This document shows, in pieces, positions 36,841 through 49,300 of a stretch of 64,000 nt of DNA. The notes beneath the pieces are model-generated. The model saw only the letters and a list, made by a program, of their open reading frames with translations. It was not told where the DNA came from and did no database searches. The stretch's first letter is position 1. Every line of letters starts with the position of its first letter. The position numbers and the translations under genes were made by a program. The stretch is from Klebsormidium nitens (Eukaryota; Plantae; Klebsormidiophyceae): the NCBI GenBank assembly GCA_000708835.1, contig DF236992.1, forward strand, positions 142,513 through 206,512, given 5' to 3'.

Positions 36841-37354
36841 GACTGATATGAAGGGGCCACCAAGGCAGCAGAGCTAGTCGCACAAAGTAGCTAACTGTTG
36901 ACTGAGGAAGAAAAGGTCGTTCTGTAACGTGCGCAATGCAAAGCAGCCCGTGTGAGCGCTTCCTCTCAATAGCGCCTCTCTGCTCAAGCCTCAGAGTCAC
37001 AGTCAATCAAAGCAGAAGTGGTGTGGCATCTTTACCATACCATTCTCGGGCACTTTCACACAAGGCTGTCTCCCGTACTTCTAGTCAGTGTGAATACACT
37101 CAAACCTGGTTCCCGGGCAAACTTTTGAAAAAGTTCTCAACCTAGTCCACCTAGGTTGAGGTACCGTACATCAGGCTTTCACGGGTTGAACTTGTGTGCA
37201 CTGGAAAGTCACACAAAGTACCTATGTTCGCCCATGTCAAATGCTGAGGCGGGAGCAGAAAATAGGTAGTCGAGAACAGCTGCAGACAGAGCCACTTCTT
37301 TTAAGAACTTTTCTCGGCTGGAAAGGCGCATGCGGTGCATAATTTGGGGCTCTG
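36841..37354. promoter_or_regulatory. Putative bidirectional promoter between RRP43 and RTEL1
   Basis: The two ATGs are divergent and 514 bp apart. Inferred from gene arrangement only. Confidence 0.5.
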
Positions 37355-40300
37355 ATGCCGGTCTATACGCTGCGGGGGGTCCAGGTGGACTTCCCGTTCA
37401 GCGCCTACGACTGCCAGCTCGTGTACATGGAGCGGGTCATCCAAGCCTTGCAGACGGTGAGTCCAACCTTCTCAGAGTGTCATTTCAGCTGGCGGAGCAC
37501 TGTATAGCAGCTGATTGACGATTCAACAGCTTCTACTGCTTATCTAGCAAAGTGCTAGTACACAAGGATTCATCTCATCAGCATTCATCGGCTGCCACAA
37601 AGAAGGAACACAAGGGGCACCTAAACCATGATTTCTTCTGACCCTCAGTTTCTGTGCGAAAAGAGGTCGCGAAGCTGACACGACTTTCTACCACCCCCTC
37701 GTCAGATCAGGATTATCTGCCGGACATTCCAGTATCACTTTATTTGAGAGCGGCCCTTATCTTGGAGAGAGGAATTTGACCGTAGATGCGGATCCAATCT
37801 TATGGCCCTGTCCGTGTGCAGGGCCAGAATGCTCTCTTAGAGTCCCCCACGGGAACAGGAAAGACCCTGTGCCTTCTTTGCGCCACTTTGGCATGGCGGG
37901 AGAGCCTGAAGACAGCCAACAAACCTCAGCCGCCAAATCCGCAGGTGCGAATCCGGTGGTCGAGATGGACCATCAAGATTGGACTCCCTGTCTTGCATCT
38001 GGTTTTTCTCTAGAACCCAGCCTTTTTGTCTGTTCATTTCTAACATGCGTTGGCAGCTCGAAACTTACAATGTGCAATGAAGTCCTCAAACATCATACCA
38101 AAAGTACAGATGTTAATCGACTCCGATGTCAGCTGCCATGATGAAAACAAGGAAACAAACCTGGTCGGGAATCAGGAGGGTCTATTCTGAAAGCTCTCCA
38201 TAGACAGAAGGCTCGCTCTCTTCACAGGGGCCGCCAGTGCAAGCAGCTGGAAACTGGCAGCCACAGTCCAGTGCGCTCCCCCTCACCAGCGGCGAGGCTT
38301 TCACTGGCGGGTTTCTGAGCCAGGTGTCGAACCCCAATACGATCTCAGCACTTCCCACAATCGTGTACTCTTCGCGCACGCACAGCCAGCTGCAGCAGGT
38401 CATCAAGGAGCTCAAGAATACGAACTACAGGTGGGCCTATATCTTACTTCTTAGAAGCTTGTGATGAAGTTGCCGACAATCAAAGTCTTCGGAGATCTGG
38501 TTGTTCTGCAAGGTTGGCGGAATGACAAAACATAAGGAAGATCAGAACAAAGTCAAAGCTGTGAATCTCATGATGCCCACTTTTTGAAATTTGTGAAGAT
38601 GCAGCCAGCAGCTGCATCAAGAAAAGGTAGCAATGGGCACTGCAAGCTTGAACAAGGGGGGTGATCTAGGAAGCTAGTGGAAACATCTGATAGCAAGTAC
38701 TAGCTTCTGTTTACTATGACTGCCGTGCCACGGCCCCAAATTGCAAAACCAGGACAAACGCCATCATCAATAACGTACCTGAAAAGTTGGAGATTGTCAG
38801 AAACACGCACTTCGCCAGTCTTCCTTATTGGACCACGAGAATCAAAAGAAGTTCAGATGACTGTTTTTCGTGGTAAACAAGGCCCGCACGTGGTGTGCAG
38901 GCCCAAGTCAACGATCCTGGGGTCCCGGGAACAGCTCTGCGTACATCACGACATCTCTAAGCTGAGGGGCGTCGCTCAAAACACAACGTGCCGGGCCACA
39001 GTCCAGGTGTGAAAACGCTTGCCCGCCGCCGATAAAACTCTGCCTCATGCGCCGTGCCTGGGATTTAGCCGCTCAATGGGCTCTTTAGTGGCGACACTTC
39101 TACCTTTAAGAAAAACTATCGACAAACCTAAGGCGGAAGTGGTGTGACAAACCCTGCCGGATCTTGTCTCCTTTGTCAAAAGCCCCCCAAAGGATAGCTG
39201 GCTGTCTGATGTTCCTTGTCCAGAGCCCCAGGAACTTTCCAGCATGGGAGTATGGAAGCCTTGATAGACCGGTCCTCCTCCGACAATAAGAACGCACCAT
39301 TTCTTTGGCTACTTACCGATGTCATGCGATCAATCTTTCGGCATCGGCAGACATGGTTAGAGCTGCCTTGCATGAATCGACCGATCTTGAGATTCGATCA
39401 GATTGCCCCGTCTATTTCAAAATTTAATTCTGTTGACGACACGGCCTCTGGGCTTTGCAAGAAACGTCAACAAACGCCGCAATTTGCGTTCCAGTCCGCA
39501 TCATTTGTGAGAGAGTCGGGGCGCCTGCCAGTTGGGCGACAACTCGAGCGCCCAGCCAGACTTACAAATACATGGAAAGACCATATTACCGAATTGACGC
39601 CCCTTTGAGGACCTCAAACTCCTGCTTGCTTACTTAAACCTCACCAACAACCTGCCTCGCAGGCACGCGGCTGCCGGCACAACGTCGAGATAGAATCGTT
39701 CCTGCACGGGAACCCCGACTTTGGTGCGGAGCCGCTCGACATCGAGGACCTGGTCACCATAGGGCGCGAGATCGGGCCATGCCCTTATTATCTGTCGCGA
39801 GAGCTTATGGCGGCTGGCGCGGAGATTCTGTTCATGCCGTACAACTACTTGATCGACAAGAAGCATCGCGAGACGCTCAAGGGGGTCAACTGGGCAAACA
39901 CGGTGCTCATCTTCGACGAGGCGCATAACCTGGTGAGTCCGAAGTTGGTTTGCAGGTTGCCCAGAAAGGAATGGTGTTTGCCGGTCCTGAAAAGCTCTGC
40001 TCTGTTGTGTGAGCTTGCGCTGAAGTCGCAGACACATTTTAGGTTCTTCGCGCAGTGGAAGACTCAGCGCGGGAGGTTTGCTTGGCGGCCATTCCGTATC
40101 TTCGAGCCTCGAGGAGGAAGCTTGAGTGAGTTTCGACGTGGTCTGGTTGGACCCGAAGCTGAGATTAAAAGGCTGGCACCGATACGTTCGAAACATTCCT
40201 GGGCGTTTAGTCCCAATCTATCATTGAAAGTAGGCAGCGAATGAACAAGGAAGATGCTGAAGATGCGTCGTTTCCAAATTGACCATTCGACGAAGATTTC

Positions 40301-43300
40301 ATGCACAGTCTCATATACCAGTTTGGCGGCCATAGATCACTGGCAGTCCTGGGCGCGAGCGATTTTCGCATGCCGCATTTGACCACCTTATTCCGGGGTC
40401 CAACTTTGACAGAGCCCTTTCAGGCTCTCTCCTTTCGGGTCCCGATGCATTCGAAAGTTGAAGCAGAATCGCTGTCTCCATGTCTGATTTGGACGTCCTG
40501 ACTGTCCTTCTCCGGTTCCGTTCCGCTCCCGGGAGGGCACCTGTGCGGACGCGGCATCGTTCGACCTCCCTACACTGCACCAGATCCATTCAATCTTCGT
40601 TCTGGCCTCTCACAAATTCTTTCTGTTGTACGTCCTGACTGTGTCGCGTCCGCTATCGTATCCGCTTTGTATTGTCAGGAGGGCATCTGCGCGGACACGG
40701 CGTCATTCGACCTCCCCACTTAACCACCCGAATATTCCACTCTTTGCTCCACCATCTCACAGATGCTGTTTTTTGTACGTCCTGCCTCTATCGCGTCCGC
40801 TTTGTTTTGCCAGGAGGGCATCTGCGCGGACGCGGCGTCGTTCGACCTCCCCGCTTAATCACCTGAATTTCCCCCTCTTCACCCCATCCATCTCACACAT
40901 CTTTTCTTATGTACGTCCTGACTGTATCGCGTCCGCTTTCTTTTGCCAGGAGGGCATCTGTGCGGACGCGGCGTCATTCCACCTCCCCGCGCTGCAACCG
41001 ACTCTTCCACTGTTTGTTCCGTCCGTCAGACGGAACGAAGAGCATCCTTTCTTTTTTGAGAATCCTTTTTTTTATGTCCTGATTTTATCGCGTCCGCTTT
41101 GTTTTGCCAGGAGGGCATCTGCGCGGACGCGGCGTCGTTCGACCTCCCCGCGCTGCACCTGACGCAGTGCATCACGGAGGCGGGCCGCTGCGTGGAGCTG
41201 GCCAGCCAGGCCTCTGCCTCCGGCTTCGCGGGCGGGGGGACCAGCGCTAGCGCGGAAAACTTCCTGACGCTCAAGCGTGAGTCGCTCGAGGCCATTCTTG
41301 TTGTCCTTGGGAGGCTGATTGCCGTGAGTCGCTTGATGTCGCAGGTATTGGAGCTTTTGGCGCTAGCGAAGTCCAGAAAGAACGGACCCAGGCTGTGGCA
41401 GAGACGTCTCAAGACAATACCGAAAGCGTCGGAAACTGTTCAAGCGTTAGTCGCTGGAGGCGGTTCTTGTTACCATGAAAGGCTTGTTGGCGCGAGTCGC
41501 TTACTTCCGGAGGTATCGGAGCCTGGGGCGTTAGCGAAGTCCAAAAAACGAAGTTCAGACTCTGGGAGGATTGTCTCAAGACACTGCTGGTTCCGTCGGC
41601 CCTGAAAACGGACACCGTTTATGCATCCGCGATTTGTGGCTTTGAGCGAGACCGATTGTTGGCAAAGTAGTGTCCTTTACTGTCTTGAAAGGGCAGAATT
41701 GTTCTAAAAGCTGGAACATCGGATCTTGGGTGCATTGCAGATTGTACTCCCCGTTTGGCTCTGGCTAAAGGAGCGCATGCCGGCGACATGACGTTCGGCT
41801 CATAAGGAAAATGGGATTGCTTGCTGTTTGTGCTAGCCTTTACTTCGGACGTTATAGCATTGTCGGGGGTTTAGGATCCGGCAGTAGCTTTTACAAGGAA
41901 CAGACCTCCTGCTGAGCAAAAGATCTGTAAAGTCCTGGAAAACCGTGATTGGTGATTCGATATTTTGCCCTCCCCTCTGGATGCAGAATCATTGCGGAAG
42001 CTGGAGGGGCCGCTTCAAGAGCCGGACCTTTTCCCATCCGCATCACTGACACCAGCCCTTGACAAACCCAAAGTCTTTCGGGCAGACCTGCTGCTGAAGC
42101 TGGAAACGAGAGTCTGAGAGGGCTCTTTAGTGGTTACACTACTAACTATTTTTCAAAACCCGAGTCTTCTCCCCCGCTGCTGAAGCTGGAGGACAGGATC
42201 CAGGAAAAGTCCTTTCCGGTCATACTACGAACATGTCAAAACTTTCACAAACCTTAAGATACGATACAAGAGTCGGAGGAGAGTCTTTTCCGGCTAGACT
42301 TTTCAAACATTTTTGAAAACCCCATTTTTTCCTCCTGTGCAGACCTGCTGTTGAAGCTGGAGGACAAGATCCGGGAGGTGCCGCTGGCGGGCGCGGACGG
42401 CTTCACGCGGCCGGGGCCGTGGCTGCTGGAATTCCTGGGGGAGCTCAACATCAACTATGAGACGGCGGGCCTGCTCATGGACACCATCGACGAGGTGGGC
42501 TCTCAGCGGCAAATGGAACGAAGGTTTCAGAGTCCTATCGTTTTTGGATATCGTGGATGTCGCCCTCAGTACTGAGTTCTCACGCTAACTACGAGACGGC
42601 GGGCCTGCTCATGGACACCATCGACGAGGTGCGCTTTCGGGGTGGAGATTTACGGAGATCACTGTGTGTGTAGTCTTGGGGACTGAGCTTCTGTGTGTTC
42701 AACGTTCATGACAAGACGTCGTGCCTTCTTCACAGACAAGGTGCGCGCTGCCACATTTACAGAATGCGAAGTTTGTAGCTTTAGACATTCACGGGGCAGC
42801 CGAATTATGACACGGCGGGCTCGCTCATAAACACAATTAACAACGTCTGAGCTGCTAAGATTCTGATTTGAAAACCGATCGTTGCGGTCTGGGATCGCTT
42901 GGGAAGATGGGTAACCCATTGCTTTTGGATTGAGCTCCGAAACGGTGGGTGCTCGAGTCAATTTCTTAGCCGACCCACAAGCATAATCCCGAAAGGCTCA
43001 CTATCTCAGCGACGGCCCTCTTGGCTGCCCATAAAATAATGATCGTGACATTGCGAGCTTAGAATTAGAAACTCTTACCAACCCCTTTTCCCGACGACCC
43101 TGCAGCCGACGCTTGGAAGTGCTGTCCGAACGTTTGAGATATCAAGACGCTAACAATTCATATCTTCCCAATTCTGACAAACTTCTTACCCCTCAGGCGA
43201 CGGCCCTCCTGGCCGACGATGCTGCCGACAAGGGCGCGCGCTCGGGCGCCCGCCAGACTAGTTACCGCCTGTCCACGCTCGCCGAGGCGCTGCGCAAGGC

Positions 43301-46300
43301 CTTCACAACCGAGGACTCCATGCTCGGCCCGGGGCAAACTCCCGGGGGGTCCAGCAGCTCGTACCGGGTGCACATTCACGAGGGGGGCGGGCCCCCCGGG
43401 CGCGCCAACCGGGCGGTCGGGGGATCCCCCCAGCGGACGCTGAGCTACTGGTGCTTCGACCCGGGGACGTGCTTCCGGGAGTTTGCGCGACTGGGCGTGC
43501 GCAGCGTGGTGGTGACGAGCGGAACGCTCGCGCCGCTCGAGAGCTTTGCGCACGAGCTCAAGCTGCCGTTCCAGGTGCGGACTTCGTTTCTGAATTCAGA
43601 GGGGCTCCAATGCTGTCACGTAACAAATTTCATAAGACGCGAAGTCTCGTTGGGCGGGTGACTTTCTAGTAAGGCAAGCTTCGAACTGAAGCTTTGCGGA
43701 AAGGAGAAGCGAATTGGACGGAGGGTCCGTATTTGCCGGCAAGATAGGACCGTCCCAGAGCAGATGCTTTCTCGTGGATGGGGTCGGAACAAAAAATCGG
43801 CATTCCGCTTACCACCCGATCGAGCGATAAGCGGAGAGCTGTGCCAACTAGCTTGCCAACCTGAGAGTATTAAAGAGCTCTTCATAAAGGATTAGCGACG
43901 TATATAGTAACTTTTCCGGCATCCCAGACCCTCAACTCTCTTCTCTCTAGGTGGGTCTTAGTCGAGCTTGAACTTTTGTGCTCCTGACGCGTCAAAGAAG
44001 TCAAAGCAGTGTTTGTCTCCGAATCCCTGGCCGCGTCCATCCATCCTATAGTTCCAAAGCTCGATATGATTATTGTTATGTTAGGGTCGGAACAGGGAGT
44101 GAGACTGCAACGCCTAACCTCCTGTTCTCCTCCCGGCAGGTCCGGTTGGAGAACCCCCACGTGATTCAACCGACCTTATGTTCACTAATCTTCACGGACC
44201 TCCGGCTAAAAACACAGCCGAAAACAAATCATGCATTCTGAGCAACCCATCTCAGTCGCCTAGGGCAGGCCTCTCCAGACCGTAAACCCTGGACCCAATC
44301 TCAAAAGCCTGAAGTTGTTTCTCTCCGTGTAGATCCGGTTGGAGAATCCCCACGTGATCCAGCCCCGGCAGGTGTGGGCGGGGGTCGTCCCCGTGGGGCC
44401 GTCGGGGAAGGCGCTCAACTCGTCGTACCGCACGCGCGACTCGCCCGAGTACAAGTCGGAGCTGGGGAACGCCATTGGTGAGGGGTGGAGTTCTGTAGAA
44501 TCTGCCAAACCCGATCGCAGAGATTCAAACAACGAATTGCAAATCTCTTACGCAGGGGTCATAGCACAAACAGAGCGTTTTGGTTTACTTGTTCAAAGTG
44601 TGCGATGGCAAGGTTACTGTTACGGACTTGAAACGCGTTTGTAAGACCCCGCTCTTGACAGCCGGTGGCAACTCCGGACCCGTTCAAAGCCGCTTCCTGG
44701 CAGTGACATCTCAGCGCAGTGTATTGGGGCTCACCGTCTTCCTTATAGTCGACGCATCAAAGCAGTCCTGTCTCTTCACAATGACGCCACTTTTCATCTT
44801 GAAGTCTGCGGTCAGTGTGTCCTGAGGGCTCGTTATGTGACCATCCATTGGTCAAGTCTAATCTGAACGAGGATTAACTTGACCTGCAGTCAGCTTTAGA
44901 GTCAACTTTGCATTCCATCCCCTTTCAGAAGCCTAACCGGGCTCTTAACCCGTCTTTTTCGCAGTCAACTTTGCGCGCATCGTCCCGAACGGCCTGCTCG
45001 TCTTCTTCCCGTCGTACCACCTGCTGACGTCATGCCTCGAGTTCTGGCAGACGCCCGCGCCCGGCGCGGCCACCACCATCTGGGAGCGCATCACGCGCCA
45101 CAAGCAGCCCGTCGTCGAGCCGCGGGAGGCTGCGCTCTTTAACCAGGTCGGTTAAGATGGACCCGTCAACCAACCCAGTTTTGCTGCCTCTTAGCCTTTT
45201 GCTTTACTCACCACAAGCAGCCCGTCGTGAAGCCGCGCGAGGCCGCGCTTTTCAACCAGGTGGGTCAAGATTGACCCGTTAGCTGACTCAGGTGTGCAGC
45301 CTTTTAGTCTTTTGTATTATGCGCCACAAGCAGCCAGTCGCAGAGCCGCGCGACGCCGCGCTCTCTGATAAGGTGGTCAAAGTCGACTCGTTATGCAACC
45401 CAACTTCTTCAGCCTTTCAGCATTTCCTTCAAGATAGATCGCAGAACGAAGCGCGCTCGACCTGGCGCAAGGCCACTGGAAGAAGCCAGGTATCTGATCT
45501 CGAAGCTTGACTATACCTCTGAGTTCAGATTGGTTGGAGTTCAGCTCCGCGAGTCCGCTCCTCAGCCAGGCCAGCTGTATACGGTTCCTTACTGGGCCTG
45601 ATCCGTCAATCTTGTTCCGTGATCATTTGTCCTCAAACTGCGCGGTGTTGGCTCTAACAACGGTACTTTTCAAACGAGATCTTCAGAGAAGGCCAGATAG
45701 GTGCCCCTTCAACAACGGAATCTCAGCTCCATTGACCCTTGGGATCTCCTGCGGGTCTACACCAAAACAAGGCAGCCGCCACAGAAGTATAACCAACCGC
45801 TTTCGAAAGGCCTTCGAGGCTCCCCGAACAGTCTCCTAACTTCGTGGCGGCCTATCCACGCACTCGTCCCGCATTGATCAGTCGCCGCGCCTCGTGATTC
45901 TCCCGCTTTGCAAGCAGGATTGGACTCATTTCTGATGGAATCGCTTGTTCCCCGCAGGCGAACGAGGATTTCTACGCGAAGCTGGAAGACAGCGCGGCCT
46001 CGGGGGCCGTGTTCTTTGCGGTGTGCCGGGGCAAGGTCAGCGAGGGGCTCGACTTCGCGGACAAGGCGGGGCGCGCCGTTATCATCACCGGGATGCCATA
46101 CGCTATGAAGCTGGACCCCAAGGTGGGCCTAGGTATTAGAAGCTCGATGTTCCTTGATCTTCGGATACCTGTGTCTTCCGAGGCTTTCGGATTCGGGCTT
46201 CAAAGCATTGCGGTATAGTGACCATTGCGGGGATGCCGTAAGCCATGGACTGGAAAGCTTGTCTGGATGGGCAGAGTGCTTGTCGTGAGCCCGCATCTGC

Positions 46301-49300
46301 TTGATCCGGTATCGTTGAGGCGCGCTGGAGGATGAGCCTCCAGAAGCATTTGTCCTGTCCCTGCTTTCAGAACACTGTTACAGCAAAGTCGTACGTTCCC
46401 TGCTGATCGTGTCTGGCAAGAGCAGTTTTTTGACGGTCACAAGTGGTAGTACTGCCGGACTGCTCTCCAACTAGCTTTCCTCACAGCTCCATCCGTCCTT
46501 TTTAGCTCAAATCCGATTCCGTTCCGCTCTATCTTTCTGCAGATCCGGCTGAAGATGGAGTTTCTGGATGACAACGCGCGCGCGCCCGGGGCGGCCTCCT
46601 CCGGGCAAAAGGCCCTGTCAGGCGACCAGTGGTACGTGCAGCTGGCCACCCGGGCGGTGAACCAGGCGGTCGGGAGAGTCATCCGCCACCGGAACGACTA
46701 CGGGGCCATCATTCTGTGTGACGAAAGGTGAGCCTTGTTTCAGTGTTTCAGTCGGATATGCAAAGGGAAGAGATCTGCTTCCTGTCTTGATCTTCGGAAG
46801 AGGTTGTTTGTATTGTTGCGATAACTTCACTCGCTTTGATTCCGAGCACGAGCAACTCCATTCCGTAATGTGTCCGTCCCTCCGCTTTAACTATTGTAGC
46901 AGATTTCAGAAAAAGAGGGCATTTTTGGCGCTCCGACTCTGCAAAAGAGAGCCAGATTACAAAAGCACGGCATCAAAACCTCTCGCAAAGCCTCCGTCTC
47001 CTGGTTTGTCTAGTTGTCTCGCTCACACGGCCGCTCGCCTCTCCGCAGGTTCGGCCAAAACAACATGCAAAACCAGCTGTCTCTTTGGCTGCGCCCTTAC
47101 CTGCGCCGCCACTCCAAGTTCGGCGAGGCCCTGTTCACGCTCACCCAGTTCTTCCGCGACCAGGCCGCGACTGCCGTCCCCGTGGCGCCCAGAGCGGAAA
47201 CGGGGCCTTCTTTCGGCGGCGCAAAAAAACGGCTCCGGTCGGAGGAAGAGGGGTTGGAGGTGGGACTGGAAGAAGGGGCGAATGGGCGGAGGGCCCGCCC
47301 TCACATCGAAATGAGCTTTGAAGAGTTGGCGGGGAATGCGGGGTTCACCAACGGAGGCGTGCCGGGGAGGTGGGCAGTACACCCGTTGGTCTCTTTGACC
47401 TTGAGACCTTGGTTCCTTTGACACGAGTTGATGCACAAGGCTCGATGTTGTTCGGGGCTTCGGTGGCCCATCCTGTCTTTCAGTCTGCTTTTTTGGATCG
47501 ACGGTTCGGCTTCTCGCGGATCGTTGCAGTCAGTTGCACGCTAACGGTTTCTCGCGGTGCAGCTTTAGTCTGTTGGTGTGGTCGAGCATTCCGTGTCGCT
47601 GGTCGCAATGAGAGGAAAGCATCGCTTGTGCGCTTCTCGATCCCTCTAGCTTTTCCTGTTGGAAGAGAGCCAGCCACAGCGGGAGACCATCCGAACGTTC
47701 GTGCCTGCCTTGTTCACCCCGCAATCAATGGTCTTGGGCCTTGGGAGTCGCTTGAAAGTAACCAGAACGGAACCGCTCAGAGAGCGTATTCTGGTGTTGA
47801 GCGATTCAAAGTCGATCCTGAATTACGGTAGTAGTAGTAAGCATGTGTGATGGTATTAACGAAGAGGAATCTCGTAAATAACCAGAACTGAGAATTTAAG
47901 CTCTGATTGACCTGCTAAACCCAATCGACCCTAATCCTTCTACTAATGCCACCCATTCCCGACGAGTTTCTTATCACTGACGGACCTTGTCCTGATCAGG
48001 GTTCGCTTCATGTATCTTCGCAGCCCCTCAGCCCCCGACTCTTCTTCCCGTCCCGGGGGCATCCTGGCGATCCTGGCGGCCAACAAGCCCGACCAACCGG
48101 GGGGCAGCTACCGGGCACTCAAGGAGCAGAAGAAGGGCAGCCTGTCGGCGCTGCTCGCGGCCAACCGGGCGCAGGCTGAGGTGCAGATCCCGCTTCCGGC
48201 TGGCGTCATGCTGAGCGAAGCAACCATCACTGCGGCCAACGCTGCGATCGGGAGCATGGCGGGGATTGTTAGAGCCGATAAGCGTGAGGGTGTGCGGGGT
48301 GTGAGTGGGGGTGCGAGTGCGGAGAAAGGGACTGATCTGGTGGTTGGAAGCGGGTCGGAAAAAGAGATTGGGTTAGTCGAGGCAAGTGGGTCGAAGGAGG
48401 AAAGGATAAGTAGCAGGAATCAGGGAGAAGCGAGAGGAGACGAGTTGAGAGACGGTGGACTGGGGCAGAGCGGTTCAGGAAGGAAGTCCGTTGCGTTGGA
48501 TCCGTCTTTAGGGACGACCGGAAGGCACGAATCTGGAAACACCGGCTCAATGCCAAGTTCTACAGCGGCGGAAAAGGAGCGCTCCGGGGTAGGGCGGAAC
48601 GCAAGCGGAAGGAGCGACCGGAACTATCAGTCGGGCGACAAAAGCCGAGGGGAGGAAGTGGCCGGGGGAGGCAACCGGGGCGGAGAGGCTGGAACGTCGC
48701 AAGGGGCGGAGCTTACGACAGCGCAGGATGCGCACACTAAGGAGATGAAGAAGCGGGCCAACGCCATGGAGTTCCTGAAGCAGGTGGGTATTCTCGCGGA
48801 GACCCGCTTCTAATGATGAGAGCGTGTGAGGGTTCTTGAAAACGTTTCTGGTCGTTTCAAATCTAATCCAGGGCGGTTTTCTGGTCGGGAGGATCTTTTT
48901 TTACTTAGCGATGCATTCCGGCGGAGATTCGTGTCTTTCATTTAGTAGGCGAATCTGAGAAAGGCTTTCCAGTCAACATTTCTCCAGCGAGTGCACCGCT
49001 TGACACGAGAACTGAAGTTCATCGCCAATGACGAGTGGCAGTTGCAAATGCTTTGTTGAAACCATCAGGCACTCTGATTTGCAACTTCGGTTGGTTTCGC
49101 AACCTACTCCGCCAGCTGCTCGACCCCGACACGTATTTCAAAAGCCATTACGGTTTAAAGCAGGACACCGGACCTTTCTTCTCCTTACAGGTCAAGTCCG
49201 AGTTGGACGCGGCTGACTTCGAAAGATTCCGAACCCTCCTAACGGACTTCAAAAAGGGTTCCACGTCAACCGAAACTTTACTCGACGGCGTGGTTCCCCT

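Noticed and set aside
40520-41160. Regularly spaced repeats resembling a CRISPR array
   Set aside because: The repeat unit is the RTEL1 exon 6 start, the spacers are similar to one another, and there are no cas genes. This is a eukaryotic intronic tandem duplication.
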